Shown here: one piece after another, positions 17,968 through 24,805 of the stretch
Numbering within the stretch: the first letter of the stretch is position 1
Layout: every line of letters begins with the position of its first letter
The notes under the pieces: generated by a model
What the model saw: the letters and a program-made list of their open reading frames with translations, nothing else
The model's database searches: none
Told to the model about the DNA's origin: nothing
IMG/VR virus record: IMGVR_UViG_3300036828_000686
Span: 2,333-66,332 of that record
Source of the DNA: a virus
Lineage: Duplodnaviria > Heunggongvirae > Uroviricota > Caudoviricetes
Length of the DNA stretch: 64,000 bases
Reading direction: 5' to 3' (one strand)
Translations under genes and position numbers: made by a program

Positions 17968-18040
17968 TGTCCCGAGCGCGACTCGAACGCGCGACCGCCA
18001 GGTCCGGAACCTGGTGCTCTATCCACTGAGCTACCGGAAC
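17968..18040 (-). tRNA. tRNA-Arg (anticodon CCG)
   Basis: T-arm GCGCG-TTCGAGT-CGCGC; anticodon arm CCAGG-TTCCGGA-CCTGG. Confidence 0.6.
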
Positions 18041-18041
18041 G

Positions 18042-18126
18042 TGGTGCCGGGTGTTGGATTCGGACCAACGTAGGCTGCGCCGTCTGATTTACAGTCAGAT
18101 CCCTTTGACCACTCGGGCAACCCGGC
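18042..18126 (-). tRNA. tRNA-Tyr (anticodon GTA), class II, CCA encoded
   Basis: anticodon arm TCTGA-CTGTAAA-TCAGA, long variable arm, 3' ...CCCGGCACCA. Confidence 0.6.
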
Positions 18127-18127
18127 T

Positions 18128-18204
18128 TGGGGAGGGTGACGGAGACTTGAACCCGCTTGGACCGCGTCCACAACGCGGCGCTTCGACTCTTCGGCCTCAC
18201 CCTC
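18128..18204 (-). tRNA. tRNA-His-like (anticodon GTG), atypical D and T arms
   Basis: anticodon arm CCGCG-TTGTGGA-CGCGG; acceptor GAGGGTG/CACCCTC, CCA encoded. Confidence 0.4.
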
Positions 18205-18206
18205 AG

Positions 18207-18280
18207 TGCGCAACCAGGGATTTGAACCCCGGACCTTCTCCTTGTGACGGAGTTGCTCTCCCGGACTGAGCTAGTCGCGC
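18207..18280 (-). tRNA. tRNA-Val (anticodon CAC)
   Basis: acceptor GCGCGAC/GTTGCGC; T-arm CCGGGGTTCAAATCCCTGG; loop GTCACAA. Confidence 0.55.
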
Positions 18281-18281
18281 T

Positions 18282-18362
18282 TGGTACCCCCGACAGGACT
18301 CAAACCTGCATCCTCTGCGTCCGTAGCGCAGTGCTCGATTCGTTAAGCTACAGGGGCTCGAT
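18282..18362 (-). tRNA. tRNA-Arg-like (anticodon ACG), acceptor stem poorly paired
   Basis: perfect anticodon arm CTGCG-CTACGGA-CGCAG and T-arm GCAGG-TTTGAGT-CCTGT; CCA encoded. Confidence 0.4.
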
Positions 18363-18463
18363 CAGGTGGGCCGTTAGCCTGCCGCAGGCGGCAGAGGCGG
18401 CCGTTGGCGACGTCTGCCGTGACCGGCTGCACGAGGACGCGAAGCGCCCGGTCCGGCCCACCT

Positions 18464-18538
18464 GGTGGTCAGGGGAGGTACCGATCCTCCGCGCCTCCGC
18501 CTTGTCATGGCGGCGCTCTACCACTGAGCTACCCGACC
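18464..18538 (-). tRNA. tRNA-Val (anticodon GAC), CCA encoded
   Basis: acceptor GGTCGGG/CCTGACC; anticodon arm CCGCC-ATGACAA-GGCGG. Confidence 0.55.
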
Positions 18539-18540
18539 AG

Positions 18541-18688
18541 CTCCCCCACTTCCCGGACCACGGCAGGGGGCTCCGCGCATTACCCGGGCTTGAGCACCCG
18601 GCCGTCCTACCCCATTTCTAGAGACCACGGCAGGGGTCGCCGTGTAGCCCCAGGGCGACGTTCGCGACCGTGGCCCTGGTGTCCCTAG
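18541..18688 (-). ncRNA. degenerate tRNA-like / duplicated GACCACGGCAGGGG segments (unassigned)
   Basis: two copies of GACCACGGCAGGGG(G)..., stem CCGGG-TGCTCAAG-CCCGG; no complete cloverleaf found by hand. Confidence 0.2.
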
Positions 18689-18762
18689 CGGTGACTACGA
18701 GACTCGAACTCGCGACCCCCGGCTTGACGGGCCGGTGCTCTAACCGACTGAGCTAAGCCACC
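18689..18762 (-). tRNA. tRNA-Asp (anticodon GTC)
   Basis: acceptor GGTGGCT/AGTCACC; anticodon arm CCGGC-CCGTCAA-GCCGG (C at position 33); T-arm GCGAG-TTCGAGT-CTCGT. Confidence 0.5.
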
Positions 18763-18769
18763 ATGATTT

Positions 18770-19195
18770 TCAGGTCAGGTACTTCCATGTCTCCCGCACC
18801 CTGATGCGATGCACGGACGAGTTGGCTATCCCGTACCGCTTCGCCAGTGTGCGCTCTGTCTCGGCCGAGGCCCGGATGGCCCTGACGTCATCCTCGGCCA
18901 AACGTGTTGCGTGATGCCGCTCTCCAGCCTGGAACTCACGGCAGGCCACCGTCTTCACTACGTGACACGGCCTGCACCGCACTACGCAAGTAGCCAGCTC
19001 GGCCTCTCGCCGCTCCTTCGACCATGACCACACCCGGTGCGTGACCTTGACGGCATTGTCAGCATGATCGACTTCCAGAGCCTCCCGTGAGCCGCAATCG
19101 ACACACGGACCGTGGGCTTCCATCCACTCGCGGCGCCGGCGAGCGCACCACTCGCGCTGGTAACGTCGCTGTACCTTGGGGTCAGCGTAGGGCAT
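18770..19195 (-). CDS. HNH homing endonuclease
   Basis: N-term MPYADP...YQREW; CVDCG...LEVDH...CRPCH HNH core. Confidence 0.7.
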   Translation of the reverse strand: MPYADPKVQRRYQREWCARRRREWMEAHGPCVDCGSREALEVDHADNAVKVTHRVWSWSKERREAELATCVVRCRPCHVVKTVACREFQAGERHHATRLAEDDVRAIRASAETERTLAKRYGIANSSVHRIRVRETWKYLT

Positions 19196-19222
19196 GCTCC
19201 AGTGTATCGCATGAACCCCGGC

Positions 19223-19293
19223 TCCCGCGCACAGATTCGAACTGCGATCACGTGATTAACGGTCACGGGCCTTGCCGTTAGGCGACGCGGGAA
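19223..19293 (-). tRNA. tRNA-Asn (anticodon GTT)
   Basis: acceptor TCCCGCG/CGCGGGA; anticodon arm CGTGA-CCGTTAA-TCACG; T-arm CGCAG-TTCGAAT-CTGTG. Confidence 0.5.
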
Positions 19294-19296
19294 TGG

Positions 19297-19367
19297 TAGC
19301 AGGGACCGGATTTGAACCGGCGTTTCTGGGCTTATGGGGCCCTGCTGGGTGACCGAACCCCCCCTGC
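19297..19367 (-). tRNA. tRNA-Met-like (anticodon CAT)
   Basis: acceptor GCAGGGG/TCCCTGC; loop CCCATAA; T-arm GCCGG-TTCAAAT-CCGGT. Confidence 0.45.
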
Positions 19368-19369
19368 GG

Positions 19370-19447
19370 TGCCAGTGACAGGAATCGAACCCGCGTCATC
19401 CGCCGTGAAAGGGCGGTAACCGATTAGCCAACACAGTATCCACTGGC
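19370..19447 (-). tRNA. tRNA-Glu (anticodon TTC), enlarged D region
   Basis: acceptor GCCAGTG/CACTGGC perfect; anticodon arm CCGCC-CTTTCAC-GGCGG. Confidence 0.5.
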
Positions 19448-19451
19448 CGAG

Positions 19452-19525
19452 TGTCCGATGTGGGATTTGAACCCACGTTATCCGGGCTGAGAACCCGGGG
19501 GCTTAGACCACTAGCCGAACCGGAC
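19452..19525 (-). tRNA. tRNA-Glu (anticodon CTC)
   Basis: acceptor GTCCGGT/ATCGGAC; anticodon arm CCGGG-TTCTCAG-CCCGG; T-arm GTGGG-TTCAAAT-CCCAC. Confidence 0.6.
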
Positions 19526-19534
19526 GTGGTGCCT

Positions 19535-19611
19535 GGTTTAACCGACCAGGCGGAGGGCCGTACGCTCCCACGGGGCCCACTCTGAAGCGGGGCCAGACTC
19601 TGTGCGCCACC
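19535..19611 (-). ncRNA. tRNA-like element, unassigned
   Basis: stem CCTGG-TCGGTTAAA-CCAGG and GC-rich helices between two tRNAs; no canonical cloverleaf by hand. Confidence 0.2.
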
Positions 19612-19686
19612 CCGGACTCGGACCGGGAACCGTTCGCTTAGAGGGCGACTGCGCTAATCCAATTGCGCCAGTGACGCCGGGTGGGC
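19612..19686 (-). tRNA. tRNA-Arg (anticodon TCT)
   Basis: acceptor GCGTCAC/GTGGCGC; D-arm GCGC-AATTGGATTA-GCGC; loop CCTCTAA; T-arm CCCGG-TCCGAGT-CCGGG. Confidence 0.5.
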
Positions 19687-19690
19687 CGCC

Positions 19691-19763
19691 CGGGGGTCGA
19701 ACCCGGATCTCTCGGATTAAAAGTCCGGCACACGAACCTTTGTGCTAACGACCCGTGGATTCC
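19691..19763 (-). tRNA. tRNA-Lys (anticodon TTT)
   Basis: acceptor GGGTCGT/GCGGCCC (two G-U pairs); loop CTTTTAA; T-arm CCGGG-TTCGACC-CCCGG. Confidence 0.55.
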
Positions 19764-19806
19764 TCACCACGGGCCGGTTTGGTCTGGGTCATGACGTCTC
19801 CGTTCT

Positions 19807-20562
19807 CTATCCGCCTGACGCGCGGATCTTGTTGAGCGCCGCGATGCACACGCTCAGGGTGGCCGCGGTCGAGTTCATCCAGAAGCCCTTGCACAGGGGC
19901 GCCCCTGCCTGCCACGCCGCGTAGATCACGTTCGCGCTGTCACCGCGGTCGGTGGTCAGGCCGCCCATCAGCACGCCTTCTACCTGCGTTCCGGCTTGCG
20001 ACAGCAGCCACGCATAGGTTGCCGTGTCGGCCTGGTCGCCCTGGTTCTGGACCAGGAACACGTCCGACTCCGCGCCCGCCGCAGGGATGCCCCCGCCGTT
20101 GCTGATGTACGCCTGCGCTGCGGTCTGCCCCGGCTTGATGTGGACCGTGGACGGACTCACGTACACCAGGTCCACGCCGGGGACCAGCATGGTCTTGAGG
20201 TTGTGCTGGTGGGCGGTGTCTGCGAAGCCTGCGAGCGCGGTCAGCGGGTCAGCCTTCTCGCTGGCCGGGGAGGCGGTGGTTTTCTCCAGGCCGTACATCA
20301 GCCACGTGCCCGCCGGGTACAGGCCCGGGTTCGCGGCCAGGTCTGTCTTCAGCTGCGCCCAGGAGGTGTAGCTGACGATGGGAGTCGCGGCGAGGCCAGG
20401 GACTGCGCTGCTCTTGGCGAACGCGAGCGGGGTGCCGAAGAAGTAGCCGGCCAGGTGGGTGGTGTCCTGGGCCTCGATGCTCTCGATGATGCCGGTGGTC
20501 GCCAGCCAGTGATTCGCAGTAGTCATGCTTTCAATGGTAGGCCAGGTAGGTGCTGCCCCCAC
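19807..20562 (-). CDS. putative glycoside-hydrolase-like (TIM-barrel) protein
   Basis: 251-aa ORF embedded in the tRNA array; composition and length compatible with GH114-like endo-alpha-1,4-polygalactosaminidase fold (weak). Confidence 0.3.
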   Translation of the reverse strand: MGAAPTWPTIESMTTANHWLATTGIIESIEAQDTTHLAGYFFGTPLAFAKSSAVPGLAATPIVSYTSWAQLKTDLAANPGLYPAGTWLMYGLEKTTASPASEKADPLTALAGFADTAHQHNLKTMLVPGVDLVYVSPSTVHIKPGQTAAQAYISNGGGIPAAGAESDVFLVQNQGDQADTATYAWLLSQAGTQVEGVLMGGLTTDRGDSANVIYAAWQAGAPLCKGFWMNSTAATLSVCIAALNKIRASGG

Positions 20563-20590
20563 TACGCACGGGATATAAGCCTCGCCGCTC

Positions 20591-20989
20591 TTACTGTTGA
20601 GCTACTGGCCTTCGCGCCCGGTAGTCACGCATCCGGGCAGCGTGTCCATCGCGACAAACTTGGCACCTGCATTTATGACGTCCCCACATTGCGGTGCTTC
20701 CGTGCCGGAACTTGCCGATCTCGCTGGGATTCTCACCGGCCAGCCGCGTCTTCTCTTTGTGGCACGAGTGGCACAGCGCCTGGCATTTCGCCAGTTCGGC
20801 CTCGCGCCTGGCCCGCGACCAGGACCAGATCCGGTGATCAACCTTCAGCTTAGCGGTTCTATGGTCCAGCTCAAGATCTTGCGTACTACCGCACCAAGCG
20901 CAGGACTTGTCAGCGAACCACTCGGCCCTCCGCTGAGCTATCCACCGACGCATGTACTCCGCTTGCCGAGCCGGATCAGCATAGGGCAT
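20591..20989 (-). CDS. HNH homing endonuclease
   Basis: MPYADPARQAEYMRRW... CAWCG...LELDH...CHSCH; paralog of 18770 HNH. Confidence 0.7.
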   Translation of the reverse strand: MPYADPARQAEYMRRWIAQRRAEWFADKSCAWCGSTQDLELDHRTAKLKVDHRIWSWSRARREAELAKCQALCHSCHKEKTRLAGENPSEIGKFRHGSTAMWGRHKCRCQVCRDGHAARMRDYRARRPVAQQ

Positions 20990-21022
20990 GTAGGTCACCC
21001 TACACCTGAACCTTGTGAGAAG

Positions 21023-21096
21023 TGGGCGAAGATGGACTTGAACCATCGACCTCTCGGTTATCAGCCGAGTGCTCTAACCGACTGAGCTACCCGCCC
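21023..21096 (-). tRNA. tRNA-Ile (anticodon GAT)
   Basis: acceptor GGGCGGG/TTCGCCC; anticodon arm CTCGG-CTGATAA-CCGAG; T-arm GATGG-TTCAAGT-CCATC. Confidence 0.65.
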
Positions 21097-21099
21097 TTG

Positions 21100-21405
21100 G
21101 AGGAAGATAGAGGTAACGCTCCCCTGGGGCTCGCCACCCCACCACGGTTTTCGAGACCGCTTCGCACCTTGTGCGGTATCTTCCACAACCTGGCACCACC
21201 CTGCGAGAGCCTAGGTCATCACGGTGGCGACGGACTCGAACCGTCCGGGCCGGGGCGCACCCAGCCCTGCCATAGCGGAGAGCGGACTACTCGAAAGCCA
21301 TGCCATTGCTGGCACGATCCGGCTAGCAACCGGCCCCAGGGAGCCTCCCTGATTCACCCTCCTCGACTGCAGGCAACTTATGTACGCGCCGCCTGCAAGG
21401 GCGCT
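21100..21405 (-). ncRNA. unassigned structured RNA / degenerate tRNA-like segment
   Basis: contains T-arm-like GACGG-TTCGAGT-CCGTC followed by GCCACCG, and GCGGT-CTCGAAA-ACCGT, but no matching 5' acceptor halves. Confidence 0.25.
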
Positions 21406-21407
21406 CG

Positions 21408-21492
21408 TGTCCGAGGAGGGATTTGAACCCTCACGACCCTTCCGAGTCACACGGGCCTGAACCGTGCGCGTCTGCCATTTCACCACCCGGAC
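21408..21492 (-). tRNA. tRNA-Leu (anticodon CAG), class II
   Basis: acceptor GTCCGGG/CTCGGAC; anticodon arm CACGG-TTCAGGC-CCGTG; long variable arm; T-arm GAGGG-TTCAAAT-CCCTC. Confidence 0.6.
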
Positions 21493-21535
21493 TTGGAGGG
21501 CAGACTACTTGGTATAGCGCCGTCTGCGAGGGCAC

Positions 21536-21609
21536 TGGAGCGGATGACCGGGGTCGAACCGGCGCTGACACCATGGCAAGGTGCTATGCAGCCTCTACAT
21601 CACATCCGC
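21536..21609 (-). tRNA. tRNA-Gly (anticodon GCC), CCA encoded
   Basis: acceptor GCGGATG/CATCCGC perfect; loop TTGCCAT; T-arm GCCGG-TTCGACC-CCGGT. Confidence 0.6.
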
Positions 21610-21639
21610 ACGCCTGTTCCTCATACGCTCTAACTTGCG

Positions 21640-21712
21640 AGCCGCCCAGCGGGATCGAACCGCTGACATCCGCCTTACCATGGCGGTGCTCTACCGACTG
21701 AGCTAGAGCGGC
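21640..21712 (-). tRNA. tRNA-Thr (anticodon GGT)
   Basis: acceptor GCCGCTC/GGGCGGC; anticodon arm CCGCC-ATGGTAA-GGCGG; T-arm GCGGTTCGATCCCGC. Confidence 0.6.
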
Positions 21713-21727
21713 GTGTTCTACCTGCGC

Positions 21728-21796
21728 TGGTCCGCCTGGATTCGGACCAGGATTACCGCATCCAAAGGGCGGCGGGCTGCCGTTACCCCAAGGACC
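21728..21796 (-). tRNA. tRNA-Gln-like (anticodon TTG)
   Basis: loop CTTTGGA; T-arm CTGG-TCCGAATCC-AGG; acceptor 5 of 7 paired. Confidence 0.35.
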
Positions 21797-21873
21797 ACTG
21801 GAGCCCGCGTCCGGTGCTGGCCCGGACGTCCCAGCCATACAAAGGGCGGGCGGGGCCTGGCCCGCGGGCATCG

Positions 21874-21947
21874 TGTGCTCGGCGGGATTCGAACCCGCAC
21901 TGCCCGGCGCCTCATGCCGGTGCCTCCTACCGTTGGGCTACGGGCAC
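21874..21947 (-). tRNA. tRNA (anticodon GAG, Leu-type anticodon on a class-I-sized body)
   Basis: anticodon arm CCGGC-ATGAGGC-GCCGG; T-arm GCGGG-TTCGAAT-CCCGC. Confidence 0.4.
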
Positions 21948-22030
21948 ATTTTTCAGGAGGAGGGGAATCGCCCCTGAGTTATGCGGCGCACGTCCTTCAG
22001 CCTGTGCGGCCGGGACTTTTTTTTGCGCGG

Positions 22031-22104
22031 AGCCTGCGCCCGGAACCGAACCGGGGACCTTCGCGGTACGAATGCGACGCTCTGCCAACTGAGCTACGCA
22101 GGCG
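22031..22104 (-). tRNA. tRNA-Thr (anticodon CGT)
   Basis: acceptor GCCTGCG/CGCAGGC perfect; loop TTCGTAC; T-arm CCCGG-TTCGGTT-CCGGG. Confidence 0.55.
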
Positions 22105-22288
22105 GGTCTGTGTGGCCGTACTTCTGGCGCAGGCCCTTGGACATCTCGATCAGCTTGGCCCGCATCGCGGTGTCATCCTGGCCACGGAGGAGCGGGTACT
22201 GGGCGTCTTCACGCTGCCGGGTCTCCTGCTTCTCGCTGCGGGCGCGGGCCCGGTCGGCGCGGGTCCGGGCGCGCTGCTTCTTTCCCAT
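22094..22288 (-). CDS. possible small basic protein inside tRNA array (uncertain)
   Basis: 64-aa Arg/Lys-rich ORF between tRNAs; overlaps tRNA-Thr 5' end by about 10 nt. Confidence 0.2.
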   Translation of the reverse strand: MGKKQRARTRADRARARSEKQETRQREDAQYPLLRGQDDTAMRAKLIEMSKGLRQKYGHTDPPA

Positions 22289-22311
22289 GCACCCAGAGTA
22301 TCGCTTTGTAG

Positions 22312-22384
22312 CTGAGGTACCTGGAATCGAACCAAGATCACCGGGACCAGAACCCGGGGGGCTGCCTGATTACCCCATACCTCA
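22312..22384 (-). tRNA. tRNA-Gln (anticodon CTG)
   Basis: anticodon arm CCGGG-TTCTGGT-CCCGG; T-arm CTTGG-TTCGATT-CCAGG. Confidence 0.55.
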
Positions 22385-22395
22385 TCGACTTGCGG

Positions 22396-22479
22396 TGCGC
22401 CCGGAGAGACTCGAACTCTCACGCCCTCACGGGCACACGATTTTGAGACGTGCGCGTCTACCTGTTTCACCACGGGCGC
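22396..22479 (-). tRNA. tRNA-Leu (anticodon CAA), class II
   Basis: acceptor GCGCCCG/CGGGCGC perfect; extended anticodon helix with loop TCTCAAAAT; variable hairpin CCC-GTGA-GGG; T-arm GAGAG-TTCGAGT-CTCTC. Confidence 0.55.
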
Positions 22480-22497
22480 GCTAAAGGTGTTCGATCG

Positions 22498-22569
22498 TGC
22501 GCCGCCAGGGTCTTGAACCCCGTTCCCCGGAGTAAGAATCCGGTGCATCACCAGTCATGCTTGCAGCGC
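22498..22569 (-). tRNA. tRNA-Lys (anticodon CTT)
   Basis: acceptor GCGCTGC/GCGGCGC; anticodon arm CCGGA-TTCTTAC-TCCGG. Confidence 0.6.
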
Positions 22570-22570
22570 T

Positions 22571-22645
22571 TGGAGGGGGCGACGAGAATCGAACTCGCAT
22601 TGCCTGGGTGGAGGCCAGGAACTCTAGCCGTTGAGTTACGTCCCC
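22571..22645 (-). tRNA. tRNA-Gly (anticodon TCC), CCA encoded
   Basis: anticodon arm CCTGG-CCTCCAC-CCAGG; T-arm GCGAG-TTCGATT-CTCGT. Confidence 0.5.
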
Positions 22646-22646
22646 A

Positions 22647-22724
22647 TGGTGGTCATGCCCTGGATCGAACAGGGGCCCTTCCGCTTTTCAGGCGGACGCT
22701 CGTTCCAACTGAGCTACATGACCG
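22647..22724 (-). tRNA. tRNA-Phe (anticodon GAA), CCA encoded
   Basis: acceptor GGTCATG/CATGACC perfect; anticodon arm TCCGC-CTGAAAA-GCGGA. Confidence 0.65.
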
Positions 22725-22725
22725 T

Positions 22726-22799
22726 GGTCGGGATGGTCCGGACCGAACGGACGGCCTCCGCCTCCCAAAGGCGGCGCTCTACCACTGAGCTACACCCCG
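22726..22799 (-). tRNA. tRNA-Pro (anticodon TGG), CCA encoded
   Basis: acceptor CGGGGTG/CATCCCG; anticodon arm CCGCC-TTTGGGA-GGCGG; T-arm GTCCG-TTCGGTC-CGGAC. Confidence 0.6.
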
Positions 22800-22896
22800 T
22801 TGCAGGTTGAACAGCGGAAGCCAGGGCCACTAGCGGACCCTGCTTTTCACCCCGGCCTGCACCGGGATTACTTCGGGGTGTGCAGGCACCACACCT

Positions 22897-22968
22897 CCGC
22901 TGCTAGTCGGGATGGGGCGTCTTGAAAGCCCGGCCTCCGCGTCCCGAACGCGGCGCTCTACCCCTGAG
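22897..22968 (-). tRNA. tRNA-Pro (anticodon CGG)
   Basis: acceptor CGGGATG/CATCCCG perfect; anticodon arm CCGCG-TTCGGGA-CGCGG. Confidence 0.6.
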
Positions 22969-23018
22969 CTACATCCCGCTGGTGGGCCGCGCCGGCTCAT
23001 ACCTGGCACGGACCACAG

Positions 23019-23091
23019 TGGAGCTAGCGCGACTCGAACGCGCGGCCTCCGCCATGCCATGGCGGCGCTCTGCCGGCTGAGCTACAGCCCC
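23019..23091 (-). tRNA. tRNA-Ala (anticodon GGC)
   Basis: acceptor GGGGCTG with G3-U70 wobble (Ala identity); anticodon arm CCGCC-ATGGCAT-GGCGG; T-arm GCGCG-TTCGAGT-CGCGC. Confidence 0.6.
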
Positions 23092-23094
23092 CTG

Positions 23095-23412
23095 TTACGT
23101 GGCCCTGGTGCGCCTGGGCCCGGCGAGTAGTGAGGCCGACACGAGGACCCCGAGGCCCTGCGAGACGATCTCGGTCATGTCGTGGACGGCGATGCCGTGC
23201 AGGACCCACATGGCGTAGGACAGGCACATGGCGAGGACGAAGGTGCTGGTGGTTCCGGGTCCGTCAGTAAGGTTGCGGCGGAGCTGGCTGGGGAAGCCGA
23301 TGAACTTCACGCCCATGGACGCCGCCGCGGTCGTCCAGTCGATGATGTGTACCCATGTCATGATTAATGGTGCAGTACCAACGGTTGGGATGGTAGGTAT
23401 TGCGGAGGTCAT
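23095..23412 (-). CDS. small multi-TM membrane protein (possible PQ-loop/SemiSWEET-like)
   Basis: FIGFPSQLRRNLTDGPGTTSTFVLAMCLSYAMWVLHG resembles a PQ-loop repeat; AT-rich putative promoter at 23395-23460. Confidence 0.3.
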   Translation of the reverse strand: MTSAIPTIPTVGTAPLIMTWVHIIDWTTAAASMGVKFIGFPSQLRRNLTDGPGTTSTFVLAMCLSYAMWVLHGIAVHDMTEIVSQGLGVLVSASLLAGPRRTRAT

Positions 23413-23456
23413 TCTTATTATTGGTATGAGTGAATGATTCTAATGATTGGAATGAG

Positions 23457-23530
23457 TGGAGCCTGCCCGATTTGAACGGGCGGCCTCTGCATTGCGAAAG
23501 CAGCGCTCTGCCTGGCTGAGCTAAGGCCCC
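23457..23530 (-). tRNA. tRNA-Ala (anticodon CGC)
   Basis: acceptor GGGGCCT/AGGCTCC with G3-U70; loop TTCGCAA; T-arm CCCGTTCAAATCGGG. Confidence 0.55.
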
Positions 23531-23671
23531 ATGGGTCCCCCTGGCCGGACAGGCGAAGCCGCCCGGCCAGGGGTCTATCGCCGGCGCTCGGCAGCGCCGG
23601 CCGTTCTTAGGTGTTCCACTGTTGAGATGTCATTTTGCTTGCACTCCGGCCCGCAGGCAGGTGCCGTTCGC

Positions 23672-23750
23672 ACGGGTGAGAGGATTCGAACCCCTGACAC
23701 GACGGGTTGGAGCCGCCTGCTCTGACCACTGAGCTACACCCATATGGAAT
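23672..23750 (-). tRNA. tRNA-Trp (anticodon CCA)
   Basis: anticodon arm GGCGG-CTCCAAC-CCGTC; T-arm AGGGG-TTCGAAT-CCTCT; D-arm GCTC-AGTGGTCA-GAGC. Confidence 0.55.
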
Positions 23751-23763
23751 TAGAAAACCGCCC

Positions 23764-23798
23764 TGTCCGGGCTTCCCGGGGGGCGGTTCCGTGGTGAT
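23764..23798 (-). terminator. rho-independent terminator for minus-strand transcription (AACCGCCCC...GGGGCGGTT then TTCTAATT)
   Basis: read directly. Confidence 0.5.
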
Positions 23799-24009
23799 CT
23801 TCAGACTTCTACCGCGGAACCTCGCGGGACAGCGTCCCCACGCCGGGCTTGCACGACGGCATGGCGAAGTATCGCCTGCTGTCCTGCTGCTCGTGCCATA
23901 GTTTCGCGGTAATCACGGTCTCACCTTAGGTCTGTGGCTGCCTGTCCGGCAACCTCGTTCTCTGCTGTATCTCACAGTAGCACATGCTAGGACCGTCTGC
24001 GCTACTGGT

Positions 24010-24105
24010 TTATTCCCGGGGGTGGCTGGCGGACTCCCCAGTATGCCCGCCAGCCACGCCACCAGGCGGCTGGCGGGGCCCCCTTAACCGGGCCGGCCCG
24101 CCAGC
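24010..24105. repeat. four alternating GGCTGGCGG / CCGCCAGCC inverted-repeat units
   Basis: ggctggcgg(24013), cccgccagcc(24038), ggctggcgggg(24067), cccgccagcc(24092). Confidence 0.4.
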
Positions 24106-24118
24106 CGTGCGGGACAGG

Positions 24119-24301
24119 CTACAGCTCCAGGGCCTTCCTGACCAGGACCCACGGGCCGTCGCCGTAGCGGTGCTGGACCTTGCCCATCTCGCGGCCGTCG
24201 CGGATCACGATGTAGGTGCTGACCTCATCGTCGCCCAGCCCGGTGCGGTCGGTCTGGGTGATCCTGCGGACGACCAGGGAGCCGATCTCCTTGGTGTTCA
24301 T
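24119..24301 (-). CDS. hypothetical small protein
   Basis: internal ATG (MNTKEIGSLVV...) of ORF 24119-24403. Confidence 0.35.
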   Translation of the reverse strand: MNTKEIGSLVVRRITQTDRTGLGDDEVSTYIVIRDGREMGKVQHRYGDGPWVLVRKALEL

Positions 24302-24321
24302 CCGGAGCGTGAACCACAGGC

Positions 24322-24786
24322 TCACCAGCGTCTCCCTTGCTGGGGCGGGGGCTGCGGGTCGGGCTGGTGGGCCTTGCGCAGCCGCTTGAGTTTGGTGACG
24401 CATTCACTGCGCCCGCAGGTGGCGGCCTTGCTGCCATCGGTGCTGTGGCTGGCGGTGAACTGCTTGCCGCAGATGATGCAGGCCCGGGAGCGTGGCTGCT
24501 GTCCGGCCTCGGCGGCACGTTTGAGGCCGCCTGCGGACGGGTTGCATTTCTGGCCGCAGATCCGGCAGGGGGTGCGGCCGTGGCTGAAGCCGCCGTAGGT
24601 GCCGTCGTCGGCGTGGTCCAGTTCGACGAGGTCGCCGGGTTCGAGGGGGTGGTGGCACCTGTAGCAGAGGGTGACGCCCCATTCGATGGCAGGGTAGAGG
24701 GCGTCGCGGATGCGCTTGTGCGCGGCGCGCTGGGCTGCGTGCCGCCACCGTCCGCCCACTGTTCCCCCCGCTGCGATCCGTGATAC
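24322..24786 (-). CDS. HNH endonuclease
   Basis: CYRCHHPLEPGDLVELDHADD...CRICGQKCN; start uncertain (ATG at 24807 overlaps divergent gene start). Confidence 0.5.
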   Translation of the reverse strand, partial: VSRIAAGGTVGGRWRHAAQRAAHKRIRDALYPAIEWGVTLCYRCHHPLEPGDLVELDHADDGTYGGFSHGRTPCRICGQKCNPSAGGLKRAAEAGQQPRSRACIICGKQFTASHSTDGSKAATCGRSECVTKLKRLRKAHQPDPQPPPQQGRRW

Positions 24787-24805
24787 TGTGCGATACCTTA
24801 CCAGC

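Noticed and set aside
21100-21405. Search for a tmRNA tag reading frame (..ALAA-stop) in the unassigned RNA segment
   Set aside because: No plausible resume codon or tag ORF was found by eye. I keep it only as an open question, not a call.
21955-22030. Possible + strand rho-independent terminator (GC hairpin + T8) between two minus-strand tRNAs
   Set aside because: On the transcribed (minus) strand it reads as an A-run before the hairpin. A bidirectional role is possible but unsupported.
22806-22896. T-loop-like GTTCAACC and nested hairpins between the two tRNA-Pro genes; also ORF 22830-23060
   Set aside because: The T-loop-like motif lies only 15 nt from the next tRNA start, too close to be a tRNA 3' end. 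The nested palindromes look like a processing or terminator structure, not a gene.
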